Source of the DNA: Magnetococcales bacterium
GTDB taxonomy: Bacteria > Pseudomonadota > Magnetococcia > Magnetococcales > JADGCH01
DNA length: 64,000 bases
Direction of reading: 5' to 3'
NCBI GenBank assembly: GCA_015229115.1
Contig: JADGCH010000007.1
Location: 3,315 to 67,314, forward strand
Position numbers and translations under genes: made by a program
Notes under the pieces: generated by a model
Database searches by the model: none
The model's input: only the letters and a program-made list of their open reading frames with translations
Told to the model about the DNA's origin: nothing
In this document: positions 55,109-64,000 of the stretch, one piece after another
Layout: every line of letters starts with the position of its first letter
Position numbering within the stretch: the first letter of the stretch is position 1

Positions 55109-57241
55109 GTGCCAAAAGAACAGCCATGGAGTATTCTGTACCGATCAGCAGCCATGGTGCTCCTGGGTCTGATCCTCACGGCAGCAACCGTGGTAGCAAC
55201 CCGGTGGCATGCTGAAACGGAACATCGCAGTGAGATCTCCCATCAGGCTGACTTGCTGCTGGCACAATCGAAGGCTGCACTGGCAGCGCTGGTCACGCCG
55301 GCCCGCATCCTGACCAGCATGGAGATCATCTCCGCTCTCGTCAGACAACCAACCCCGAACAGCGTACTGGCAGCTAACCAGATGCTGGAACGGGCGGCCT
55401 TAACCCTGGCCGCAGAAGCCCTTTACGTGATGGATGGTAGCGGTACCACACGAGCGGCCAGCAATTGGCGCAGCGACAAATCCTTTGTTGGCAAGAATTA
55501 CGCTTTTCGTCCCTATTTTCAACAGGCCCTATCCGGTCAAATCGGTCTTTACGTGGCTCAAGGCGTGACATCCGACAGGCTGGGACTCTATGTGGGACTG
55601 GCCATTCCGTCGGGTGATTCCGCTGCCGTAGCAGGGGTCATGGTACTCAAATATCCGGCCCATGTGCTGTTGCCGAGTCGATTGAACCACCATGTAGCCG
55701 TACGTCACATCATGACCGATGAAAAGGGTATTGTCTTTGCCAGCAGCGATCCCGAGTTACAGCTGGCCACTCTGGGACAGCTCGATCCGGCGACACGGGC
55801 CGCCATTGCCGATAGCCGACAGTATGATCTGAACTCGTTATCCGCCACAGGACAAGCCTTCAGTCTGCTGAACAAGCCTGATGACCAGGAACAATGGATC
55901 CGGTGGCATCCCAAGTCCTTCTCTGACACAATCTGGAATGGTCCTACCCTGAACCATGACTGGTTGGGTCAGTTGTTGCCACTACCCCGTACGGATGGAT
56001 GGCACGTTGGCGTGTTGCTACCCAATCTGATTGATGATCAGGAGTTTCTGTTACACCGTCTTGTTCCCAATATCCTGGTGGCGTGGCTGGGGTATGGCAT
56101 GCTACTGCTCGGATGGCTGGCTATCCACCAACGCCAAAAACACCTGGCGCATCTTCGACTGCTGATGCGGCGCGTCCCGGTCGCCATGGCCCTGTTCGAC
56201 CACCGTATGAACTATCTGACTGCCAGCCATCGCTGGCTGGAAAACCACAACATCGACACCGATGACCTGGCAGGTCGTTGCCACTTCGATCTCTGCCCCG
56301 ATTTATCCCAACGCTGGCGCCAGATTTTTGATCAATGTCTTGAGGGTCAGTGGCAGCGTCAGGAAAGGGAGCCGTTTGGCTCGGAGGAAGAGGATGCCGA
56401 GTGGTTCACCTGGGAAGCCTTCCCATGGCGGGATAAGCGTGGCCGCGTTGGTGGTCTCCTGATTTTCCAGGAAAATGTGACGGGGCAGGTACGGCTGGAA
56501 CAGAACATCCGCCATCACCGCGATAAACTTTCTTACGAGCGTGGTTTCATCGAAAACATCATCGTCAAGATGCGTGCCTCCAAGCGTTTCAATCCGGAGT
56601 TTCTCCGTTTTGTCATGGCACCGGTGGAGAAAACGGCTGGTGACATGCTGTTGTCGGCCTTGCGTCCCGATGGGGTCCAGCATGTCATGCTGGGTGACTT
56701 CACCGGCCATGGTCTGACGGCAGCACTGGGAGGACCGTTGGTATCGGATATCTTTTACGCCATGACGGCCAAGAACATTGATCTGATGGATATTATCCAC
56801 GAAATCAACCAGCAGCTGCATGTTAAAATGCCCATCGGTCTGTTTATGGCTGCCTGTTTTGTCGAGGTCGATCGTCACCAGCAACAGGCACGGTTATGGA
56901 ATTGCGGCATGCCGGAGTTGCTGCTGTTCCGTCGTTGCCAAATCATCCATCGTGTCCCATCGGGTCACATGGCACTGGGCATACGTGCGCAGGATTCCAT
57001 GGCCAAGGCCACGGTGGTCGTTAACCTAATCCCGGAAGATCGCATCATTGCCTTTTCCGACGGGGTGGTCGAAGTGTGCGATCCGGATGGCAACCTGTTG
57101 GGTCAGGAATCGGTCGAAGCGGTATTGACCCAGGTACTGGAGGGTCGCCAGGAACTGGATATCCTGCGCAATTTCCTGGAGGCCTACCGCCACCATCCAG
57201 AACAGGCCGATGATATTACCATCGTTGAGATACGCTACTGA
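55109..57241 (+). CDS. membrane sensor: Cache-like periplasmic domain, PAS, PP2C/SpoIIE-type Ser/Thr phosphatase
   Basis: The Cache-like segment is LYVMDGSGTTRAASNWRSDKSFVGKNYAFRPYFQQA. The PAS-like segment is MALFDHRMNYLTASHRWLE. The SpoIIE motifs are MLGDFTGHGLTAALG and AFSDGVVE. The start is GTG 55109, or possibly ATG 55154. Confidence 0.8.
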   Translation: MPKEQPWSILYRSAAMVLLGLILTAATVVATRWHAETEHRSEISHQADLLLAQSKAALAALVTPARILTSMEIISALVRQPTPNSVLAANQMLERAALTLAAEALYVMDGSGTTRAASNWRSDKSFVGKNYAFRPYFQQALSGQIGLYVAQGVTSDRLGLYVGLAIPSGDSAAVAGVMVLKYPAHVLLPSRLNHHVAVRHIMTDEKGIVFASSDPELQLATLGQLDPATRAAIADSRQYDLNSLSATGQAFSLLNKPDDQEQWIRWHPKSFSDTIWNGPTLNHDWLGQLLPLPRTDGWHVGVLLPNLIDDQEFLLHRLVPNILVAWLGYGMLLLGWLAIHQRQKHLAHLRLLMRRVPVAMALFDHRMNYLTASHRWLENHNIDTDDLAGRCHFDLCPDLSQRWRQIFDQCLEGQWQRQEREPFGSEEEDAEWFTWEAFPWRDKRGRVGGLLIFQENVTGQVRLEQNIRHHRDKLSYERGFIENIIVKMRASKRFNPEFLRFVMAPVEKTAGDMLLSALRPDGVQHVMLGDFTGHGLTAALGGPLVSDIFYAMTAKNIDLMDIIHEINQQLHVKMPIGLFMAACFVEVDRHQQQARLWNCGMPELLLFRRCQIIHRVPSGHMALGIRAQDSMAKATVVVNLIPEDRIIAFSDGVVEVCDPDGNLLGQESVEAVLTQVLEGRQELDILRNFLEAYRHHPEQADDITIVEIRY

Positions 57242-57262
57242 ACAGCGATAGAGGAACACACT

Positions 57263-59773
57263 ATGACCGTCTCCCTGTTACGTCATTGGACCACTTCCTG
57301 GGTTGTTTTAGCCGTTGCGATGGCGCTGACCTTTGCCGGGTGGTTTCTGACAGACGGCTTGATCCGACATCGGGCAGAGGAACGTTTTTATGATCACGGT
57401 GAAGCGATCCGGCAAGCCATCCAGAAACGGATGGCTGAGCATCAGTTGATATTGCAGGGTGGGGTTGGCCTGTTTGCCGCTTCTGACGCGGTCGATCGGG
57501 ATGAATGGCGCCGTTATGTAACCGCCTTGAAACTGGACCGCCACTACCAGGATGTAAAGGGTGTTGGCTTTATTCTGGTGGTTCAGCCGCGCGACAAGGA
57601 AGCGCACATCCGATACATCCGCAACGACGGATGGCCTGATTACACCATCCATCCTGATGGTGAACGGCCACTCTACACTCCAGTCCTCTACCTCGAACCC
57701 TCTTCCGGTCGCAATCTCCGTGCCCTTGGCTATGACGTCTATTCCGAGACCGTGCGCCGTACCGCCCTGGAACGGGCTCGTGATGAGGGTCAGGTTGCTA
57801 TTTCCGGTCGTGTCACCCTGGTACAGGAAACCAGCCAGGACCAACAACCCGGCTTTTTGATGTATGCTCCGGTCTATCGTCATGGTGCTGCAACCGACAA
57901 TGTAGCTCAACGACGCGATGCCCTGCTCGGCTTTGTCTACAGTCCTTTTCGCGTCAGGGATCTGATGCAGGGGATTCTTTCCACCAATCACCGTGATATT
58001 GGTCTTGAGCTGTTTGATGGCATCAATCCGGATACAGCCGAGATGATTTTTTCGGTGGGTCACGATCACAAGAAAAGTCTCTTCAACAGACGTATAACCA
58101 TTCCGCTCGGTGGACACCACTGGACGTTGCTGCTTTATTCCGGACCAGAATTGTTGTCATCCCTTGAGCAGAGACAGCCCATCCTGGTAGCGGCTACAGG
58201 CATCTTCATCAGTCTGATGCTGTTTACCATGATCCGTTCTTTCTATCGTCAGGAACAACAGGCACAGGCCTTGGCGGCCAACATCACCACTGAGTTGCAA
58301 CAGGCCAATCAGTCCCTTGTCAGCGCTACACAGGCCGCTGAATCGGCCTCCAAGGCCAAAAGCCTGTTCCTGACCTCCATCAGCCATGAAATTCGCACGC
58401 CTCTGAATGTCATTTTGGGCATCAACGAAATTCTGCTGACCACCCAGCTGGATGATCGCCAACGCCGCTGCGTCGAAATCAGTAACCGCTCGGGTCAGAC
58501 CCTGCTCGATCTGATCAGTAGTACGCTTGATATGGCACGCATCGAACGTGAGTCGATTACGCTGGACGACACACCGTTCCTGCTGTCGGAAAACCTGGAA
58601 AGCGTCGTGCAAATGATGCAGGTACTGACTGACAGTAAGGGATTACTGCTAACCAGCCACTGCGATACGGCGCTACCGTCACACGTCCGCGGTGACCGCA
58701 GGCGATTGCGTCAGGTGTTGATTAATCTGATCAGCCATGCCATTCAATCCACCCAACAGGGTGGCATCTGGCTTGAGGTAACGGCCACCAGTCAGGCTGA
58801 CAAGGTGACCTTTACCGTGCGTAACAGTGGTCAAGATGTGACGGCACACCAGTTACCCCAGCAGGATGCCGGACTTGGTTTGACCATCTGTCGTCAACTG
58901 GTAACTCGAATGGGTGGCAGCCTTCATGCTGATCATACACCAGGGCTAGGCAGTGTCTTCTCGTTTACCATCCTGTTACCAGCCGTCACAACAACCGAAA
59001 ATCAGCCAGAAACACCGTTAACGGGAGAATCCCGGCCGGTGGTGAAACAGCTGCATCTGCTGCTGGTCGATGATGCCGATGAGAATCGTCTGGTCACAAC
59101 TGAAATGCTGCGCGATACCGACTGCATCATAACCATCGCCCACAACGGTTCTGAGGCGGTCCAGCAGTTCAAGGAACAACAGTTTGATCTGGTCCTGATG
59201 GATATGATGATGCCGGTCATGGATGGCATAACCGCGACCCGAATCATTCGGGCACTGGAACAACAGTCCGGTCAGCAGCAGCACACAGCTATCATCATGG
59301 TAACCGCTAACGCCCTACAAACCGATCTGGATACAGCCCTGACAGCTGGCTGTGATTATTACCTGACCAAGCCGGTGCGCCGTTTTCAGCTAGTAGATCT
59401 CATCAGTGCTATCGCTTCTCCCGCCATTGATCAGCAGCGATGGCAGGAGCTGCGCGAAGAGGTGGGCAGCCATTTTCACATTCTAGTGGAACGCTTCCTG
59501 GCCCAGTTGCCACAACGGTTGGCCGATCTGTCACAAGCCTGGCAGCAGGACGATTTTCAGCAGCTCCATCAATGTGCCCACAAGCTGAAAGGAGCTGCTG
59601 GTAACTTTGGCGCCGTACAGCTGGAGCAGCTAGCGGCGCAGATTGAACAGATTGGCCGTACGGCCGACAAGGGAGCGCAACGGTTGCTACTGCTAGCGCA
59701 GCTGAATCTGCAGAGCCACAAGTTGCGACAGGCCATGCGTCACGAGGTGACCCCAACCAGACCGGCGGCATAA
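57263..59773 (+). CDS. hybrid sensor histidine kinase: CHASE, HisKA-HATPase, REC, Hpt
   Basis: The CHASE-like segment is PVLYLEPSSGRNLRALGYDVYSE...AISGRVTLVQE. The H-box is SISHEIRTPLN. The REC domain has LLLVDDADENR...DLVLMDMMMPVMDG. The Hpt motif is HKLKGAAGNFGA. The RBS is GAGGAA. Confidence 0.85.
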   Translation: MTVSLLRHWTTSWVVLAVAMALTFAGWFLTDGLIRHRAEERFYDHGEAIRQAIQKRMAEHQLILQGGVGLFAASDAVDRDEWRRYVTALKLDRHYQDVKGVGFILVVQPRDKEAHIRYIRNDGWPDYTIHPDGERPLYTPVLYLEPSSGRNLRALGYDVYSETVRRTALERARDEGQVAISGRVTLVQETSQDQQPGFLMYAPVYRHGAATDNVAQRRDALLGFVYSPFRVRDLMQGILSTNHRDIGLELFDGINPDTAEMIFSVGHDHKKSLFNRRITIPLGGHHWTLLLYSGPELLSSLEQRQPILVAATGIFISLMLFTMIRSFYRQEQQAQALAANITTELQQANQSLVSATQAAESASKAKSLFLTSISHEIRTPLNVILGINEILLTTQLDDRQRRCVEISNRSGQTLLDLISSTLDMARIERESITLDDTPFLLSENLESVVQMMQVLTDSKGLLLTSHCDTALPSHVRGDRRRLRQVLINLISHAIQSTQQGGIWLEVTATSQADKVTFTVRNSGQDVTAHQLPQQDAGLGLTICRQLVTRMGGSLHADHTPGLGSVFSFTILLPAVTTTENQPETPLTGESRPVVKQLHLLLVDDADENRLVTTEMLRDTDCIITIAHNGSEAVQQFKEQQFDLVLMDMMMPVMDGITATRIIRALEQQSGQQQHTAIIMVTANALQTDLDTALTAGCDYYLTKPVRRFQLVDLISAIASPAIDQQRWQELREEVGSHFHILVERFLAQLPQRLADLSQAWQQDDFQQLHQCAHKLKGAAGNFGAVQLEQLAAQIEQIGRTADKGAQRLLLLAQLNLQSHKLRQAMRHEVTPTRPAA

Positions 59774-59802
59774 GCACGCCGGTGATGACTGCGGTATTCT
59801 TT

Positions 59803-60522
59803 TTATACAAACAACGATTTGAGCGATGTCGCGCCAGATGTCGCACTGTTGGTTGACGTCGATTGAGATGACGTCGACATGAGCTGACTCATCACAGACC
59901 AATAACTTGCCATTCCGAACGATAACGGACGATTGTTTTTCGCAGAGCTACTCTGGCCGTCTCCGGATGGCGGCATCATTCCCGATGGGGGTGGGGGCAT
60001 CATGCCCATGGGGGGGCCATGGCGCTCCTGACGGGCCGCTGTCACGTCCCTGGTCAGCTCATCCAGGTTGATCTGACCATTGCCATCGGTATCGGCCATG
60101 GAAAAACGCTCTGACAAAGGCCCAACGGCCTCCTTGGCGCTGATGGTGCCATTGTTGTCACCGTCCATTTTCTTCAGCAGATCGGCCTCTGATGGAGGAG
60201 GCATCCTGTCGTCCACCGGGCCTTGGCGCTGGTTGGCACGGATCTGTTTCTGGAAAGAATCGATGGCCGACTTGAGCTCTTCAGCACTGATGAAGCCATC
60301 TCCATTGGTATCGATGCTATCAGACTGGCTAGCCAAGGCTGTGTTCTTGATCTCGGAGCTGGAAAGAGCGTTGTCACTATTGCTATCGAGAACGCTGAAA
60401 AGCTGCTCGGCTGATGGAGGAGCGGGACGGTGCCCTGGCCCTGGACCTTTCGCCCGACCCATGCCACCCATGGCATTCATAGCGTTCGCAGATGGCATCG
60501 CTGAAATATTGGTCGTCATCAT
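59803..60522 (-). CDS. EF-hand calcium-binding protein, Met/Pro/Gly-rich (about 239 aa)
   Basis: There are four 12-residue EF loops: DSNSDNALSSSE, DTNGDGFISAEE, DGDNNGTISAKE and DTDGNGQINLDE. The ATGATG at 60522 is preceded by AAAGGAG, so the ORF-track start at 60564 is probably too early. Confidence 0.7.
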   Translation of the reverse strand: MMTTNISAMPSANAMNAMGGMGRAKGPGPGHRPAPPSAEQLFSVLDSNSDNALSSSEIKNTALASQSDSIDTNGDGFISAEELKSAIDSFQKQIRANQRQGPVDDRMPPPSEADLLKKMDGDNNGTISAKEAVGPLSERFSMADTDGNGQINLDELTRDVTAARQERHGPPMGMMPPPPSGMMPPSGDGQSSSAKNNRPLSFGMASYWSVMSQLMSTSSQSTSTNSATSGATSLKSLFV

Positions 60523-60701
60523 CGGAAAAATCTCCTTTCGTGCGGATCCATGAAGATACAACATATCGGCATCTCTGGACCCTGCATGGCTAATGCCAAT
60601 TAAAAACTATCCATGACAGCCATAAAAACAGTTGTAAACGGAAAAAATTGCCGCAATCTTTGTATTACATGGAATATTTTTCCTACCAACTCTTTCATAC
60701 C

Positions 60702-60730
60702 TGTTACCCGGCGACCCATTGGGTTATAAT
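60702..60730 (+). promoter_or_regulatory. candidate promoter of the second protease gene
   Basis: A perfect TATAAT lies at 60725-60730. The -35 region is poor (GTTACC at 16-nt spacing). The element sits about 55 nt upstream of ATG 60787. Confidence 0.3.
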
Positions 60731-60786
60731 GGATCGTTTTTAACAAAAAATAGTCCTGTCACATATCCGGAGCACAGCAGCTTCCC

Positions 60787-63700
60787 ATGCCTGATAAAAC
60801 CACGGCCACGGCAGACATCTTTGCTGATTACCTGATTGTTGGCTATTGGGCCCAGTCAGGAGGAGGAAGCCGCCGCTGGGGCACGACGGCAGCCGCGCCT
60901 AACGTGATCTGGACCGCCACCGGCAGCTGGAACAGCAGGGAGCTGTCGGCACTCAGCGCGGCATTGCGCAGCTGGTCGGATGTCTGTGCTATCCGTTTTA
61001 CCCCATCGGCTGCTAACGGCGACGACGCCACGATCGAGTTTCTGCTCTCCAGCGATACCCCCTACTATGCTGGGTCGTGGTCCAGCGTTGATCGTGGCCA
61101 GACCGTTTATAGCCAGATGATTTTCAACGCCAACAGCTATAACCGCTCCGGGCTGGTAACCGACGGTGCCTATGAGAATATGGGATTGATCCACGAACTG
61201 GGCCATTCGATCGGTCTGGGTCATCCTGGACCCTATAACGGTGCCTCCTCCTACGCCAATAACGCCATTTTCAGCAACGATACCCGCCAATATTCGCTGA
61301 TGTCCTACTGGAATGCCGGATCGGATGGTAGTGGTAGTCATGGCAACCACTATCCACAAACTCCGATGCTGCTGGATATCTACGCCGCCCAACGTATTTA
61401 TGGTGCCAACTGGACCACCCGTAACGGTGATACCGTGTATGGCTTCCATGCTACAGCCGATGCCATCGGGTTCAACTTTACCGACTCGTCGCCTCACGTG
61501 CTTTGCATCTGGGATGGTGGCGGCATCGATACCATTGACTTATCCGGCTACACGGTGCCAGCCGTTCTCAACCTCAGCGCTGGCAGTTTCAGCAGTGCCG
61601 CCGGGATCAGCAACAACATCACCATCGCCTACCAGTGTGACATCGAAAATGGTATCGGCGGCACAGCAGCCGATACCATCAGCGGTAATTTACTGGACAA
61701 CCTCCTCACCGGCGGCCCAGGCGATGATCGCATGGATGGTGGTAGCGGCAACGATACCGTCTGCCTGAGCGGCAGACTGGATCAATATGTAGCCACCCTC
61801 AATGATGACGGGGAATACCTCATCACTGACCAAATGGTCGGTCGCGATGGCAGTGATCGCCTAACTGGTGTCGAATGGCTCCGCTTTGCCGATAGAACGG
61901 TTGCAATCAACGCGCTGATCACGCTACCCGTTCCAGGCGTCACACTGGTCCATGACAGTGGCAGTCTTGACACGGACCGGATCACCAACGACAGTGCTTT
62001 GGCTATTACGGGAGTCACCAGCGGTGCTTATGTGGAATATGCCATCAACGGCAGCAGCTGGACCAGCCATTATGATCCTGTCGAGGGTGCCAACGTGGTT
62101 CAGATACGGCAAACCCACCGTGTCAGCGGTGGCAGCAGTGACGCGGCCGTCCTGATATTTACACTCGATACAACAGCACCACCAACAGCTGCGCTGGCCC
62201 TGCAGCAGGATAGCGGCAGCAGTAACAGCGATGCCATCACCAGCCTGGCCAACCTGTCCATGACAGGGATCGAGACCGGTGCCTTGGTGAGCTATAACGT
62301 CAACGATAACGGCTGGCAAACCAGCTATCAACCCGTTGAAGGTCGTAACAGCATCCAGATCTATCAGACTGATAGAGCCGGCAATCGTAGTTATGTATCG
62401 GATCCGTTTGATTTCACACTGGATACCCTGTCACCTGCGGCACCTGGTGCAACCCTGTCCCATGATAGCGGCCGCAGCGCCACCGATGCCTTGACCTACA
62501 CGGCAGCGTTGTCCCTGACAGGTATTGAAGACGCGGCCATGGTTGAATACCGCATCAACAACGGCCGCGGTTGGTCCACAACGTATCGGGCTGTCGAAGG
62601 CTATAACAGCGTGCAGTTACGCCAGACCGATCGGGCTGGCCACGTCAGTCCACTATCAGCAGCCGTTGTGTTTACCCTGGACACCTTCCCTCCCTCGACC
62701 CCTCAACTGCTCCTGGTCAACGATAGTGGTGGCAGTAGCGGCGATGCCATCACCAGCTCGGCTGGCTTATCCCTGGCAGGGATCGAAAGCGGTGCCACAG
62801 TGTCCTATAACGTCAATAACGGCGGTTGGCAAACCAGCTACGATCCTGTCGAAGGCCACAACAGCCTCCAGGTACGCCAGACCGATGCAGCAGGCCATAG
62901 CAGTCCGGCAGCCTTATTGGAATGGAGTTACGATACCGTGGCACCGCTGGCACCCTCGCAACCCGAGCTCGACACAGCTGACGACTCGGGCCTGTCAGAC
63001 CACGACCATCTCACCAACCACAACAGTGATTTGACTCTTGCGGGCTACTGTCAGGAACAGGGCGGCGTTGTGATACTGTTCGACCATGAAACGGCTCTGA
63101 CAACCTCAGTCATCACCGGCACACGCTGGGGCAGTACCCTGTCCCTGGCAGAGGGTAGCCATGTCCTGACAGCACGTCAGACGGATCGGGCTGGCCACGA
63201 CAGCCCACGCTCCGAACCGTTGCTGATCACAGTAGACCGTTCAGCACCCGTGGCCCCCATGGTCGTGCTGGCCTACGATAGCGGCATCAGTGCCACGGAC
63301 CGCATCACCCATCAGGCCCTGTTGTCTGTCACAGCTGTGGAGAGCGATGCCGTGGTTGGCTACAGCCACGATGGCGGGCAAACGTGGCAGGAAAACTGGT
63401 CAGCTATCGAAGGGTTACAACAGCTGCAGATACGCCAGACGGATGCAGCGGGTAATCACAGTGCCGTGACACAGCTGGAATGGAGCTACGATACGACCGC
63501 ACCGTCTGTGCCTACTGACCTCGACCTCGACGGGTTGGATGATACCGGTATTTCCAGCAGTGATCATCTGACTAGCCTGACCAGCGGTCTAACCATCCGC
63601 GGCAATCATGGAGAAGTAGGCTCGACGTTGCTGCTGTTTGATGATGGCAATCAGAACGGTGTCCTGGAAAACCACGAAGGTCTGGCTACCCTGACCATCA

Positions 63701-64000
63701 CGGATGCCAGCTGGAACGGTGACATTGGGCTGACCACTGGCAGCCATGCCATTCGGGCCATGCAGGTTGATCGAGCCGGTAACCCTGCCCTGTCAGCCCT
63801 GTTATGGATCACGGTCGACCCTGCCGTGGCACCATCAGCACCTGTATCCCTTGATCTGAGTAGCCTGGACGACACTGGCCTGTCCCCGAATGATAACCTC
63901 ACCAGAACTACCAGCGACCTAACCATTCGTGGTATTGGTCAAAACAAAGCAACGGTGGCGCTGTTTGATGATCGCAACAACAACGGTCTATCCGACGCAG
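60787..64000 (+). CDS. second serralysin-like (M10B) metalloprotease with RTX motifs and Ig-like repeat passenger; 3' end outside window
   Basis: This ORF is absent from the ORF track because it never reaches a stop. I translated it by hand from ATG 60787, and it stays open to the window edge (more than 1071 codons). The zinc motif HELGHSIGLGH is encoded at nt 61192-61224, followed by the Met-turn SLMSYW. The RTX motifs are GGTAADTISG NLLDNLLTG GPGDDRMDG GSGNDTV. Confidence 0.85.
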   Translation, partial: MPDKTTATADIFADYLIVGYWAQSGGGSRRWGTTAAAPNVIWTATGSWNSRELSALSAALRSWSDVCAIRFTPSAANGDDATIEFLLSSDTPYYAGSWSSVDRGQTVYSQMIFNANSYNRSGLVTDGAYENMGLIHELGHSIGLGHPGPYNGASSYANNAIFSNDTRQYSLMSYWNAGSDGSGSHGNHYPQTPMLLDIYAAQRIYGANWTTRNGDTVYGFHATADAIGFNFTDSSPHVLCIWDGGGIDTIDLSGYTVPAVLNLSAGSFSSAAGISNNITIAYQCDIENGIGGTAADTISGNLLDNLLTGGPGDDRMDGGSGNDTVCLSGRLDQYVATLNDDGEYLITDQMVGRDGSDRLTGVEWLRFADRTVAINALITLPVPGVTLVHDSGSLDTDRITNDSALAITGVTSGAYVEYAINGSSWTSHYDPVEGANVVQIRQTHRVSGGSSDAAVLIFTLDTTAPPTAALALQQDSGSSNSDAITSLANLSMTGIETGALVSYNVNDNGWQTSYQPVEGRNSIQIYQTDRAGNRSYVSDPFDFTLDTLSPAAPGATLSHDSGRSATDALTYTAALSLTGIEDAAMVEYRINNGRGWSTTYRAVEGYNSVQLRQTDRAGHVSPLSAAVVFTLDTFPPSTPQLLLVNDSGGSSGDAITSSAGLSLAGIESGATVSYNVNNGGWQTSYDPVEGHNSLQVRQTDAAGHSSPAALLEWSYDTVAPLAPSQPELDTADDSGLSDHDHLTNHNSDLTLAGYCQEQGGVVILFDHETALTTSVITGTRWGSTLSLAEGSHVLTARQTDRAGHDSPRSEPLLITVDRSAPVAPMVVLAYDSGISATDRITHQALLSVTAVESDAVVGYSHDGGQTWQENWSAIEGLQQLQIRQTDAAGNHSAVTQLEWSYDTTAPSVPTDLDLDGLDDTGISSSDHLTSLTSGLTIRGNHGEVGSTLLLFDDGNQNGVLENHEGLATLTITDASWNGDIGLTTGSHAIRAMQVDRAGNPALSALLWITVDPAVAPSAPVSLDLSSLDDTGLSPNDNLTRTTSDLTIRGIGQNKATVALFDDRNNNGLSDA
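61933..64000 (+). repeat. at least 8 tandem Ig-like coding modules of two alternating types
   Basis: Type A (about 85 aa, 5 copies) follows DSG.S..D.IT....L.L.G.E.GA.V.Y.....GW.T.Y.PVEG.N..Q.RQTD.AG..S......F.LDT..P. Type B (about 100-110 aa, 3 copies) follows DD(S/T)G.S..D.LT....L.(I/L).G........L(L/F)DD.N.NG.......L.......W......L..GSH...A.Q.DRAGN. Confidence 0.75.

Noticed and set aside
59762-59802. CCGGCG-N9-CGCCGG hairpin after the CHASE kinase gene as a terminator
   Set aside because: The 6-bp stem overlaps the stop codon, and the T run lies about 15 nt away. This is not convincing without folding energy or 3' end data.

Overview
This is a gene-dense chromosomal segment from a Gram-negative, proteobacterium-like genome, with about 42 CDS, one tRNA and very little non-coding DNA. 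I saw no rRNA, CRISPR array, transposase, integrase or phage genes. All functional calls come from motif and pattern recognition in the supplied translations and my own reading of the DNA. No database search or folding computation was run, and family names are recalled from memory.

Gene order, left to right:
- The 3' end of the Tol-Pal gene cpoB.
- A NifJ-type 2-oxoacid:ferredoxin oxidoreductase split into two polypeptides, followed by two translationally coupled genes.
- A haem-rich operon (cytochrome b fused to a dihaem module, a DUF1924-type cytochrome, a DHC dihaem cytochrome) ending in a CDF metal exporter.
- A string of HD-GYP, P-type ATPase, orphan periplasmic binding protein and GGDEF genes.
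- A 9.1-kb gene for a 3029-aa serralysin-like metalloprotease carrying 17 tandem PPC-like modules and 5 Ig-like modules.
- tRNA-Val(GAC) with a near-consensus sigma-70 promoter, leading without a visible terminator into pseB-pseC-carA-carB-greA-rlmE.
- A nested palindromic element.
- A type IV pilin gene with three divergent PilMNOP-like genes, but no ATPase, platform or secretin.
- epmB-ampG.
- A REC-PAS-HK-REC hybrid kinase.
- DUF302 plus fccAB (flavocytochrome c sulfide dehydrogenase).
- An operon joining a signal-peptide TPR-CHAT protein to ubiV-ubiK-aldehyde dehydrogenase.
- Rhodanese-zapE, then trpB2.
- A Cache-PAS-SpoIIE phosphatase and a CHASE hybrid kinase.
- A Met/Pro-rich EF-hand protein.
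- A second serralysin-like protease with a different, Ig-like passenger that runs off the right edge.

Best candidates for something undescribed:
1. The two protease-headed repeat giants.
2. The orphan pilin/PilMNOP-like module, which sits where ftsH is normally linked to rlmE.
3. The TPR-CHAT/ubiV/ubiK operon.
4. The cytochrome/CDF operon.
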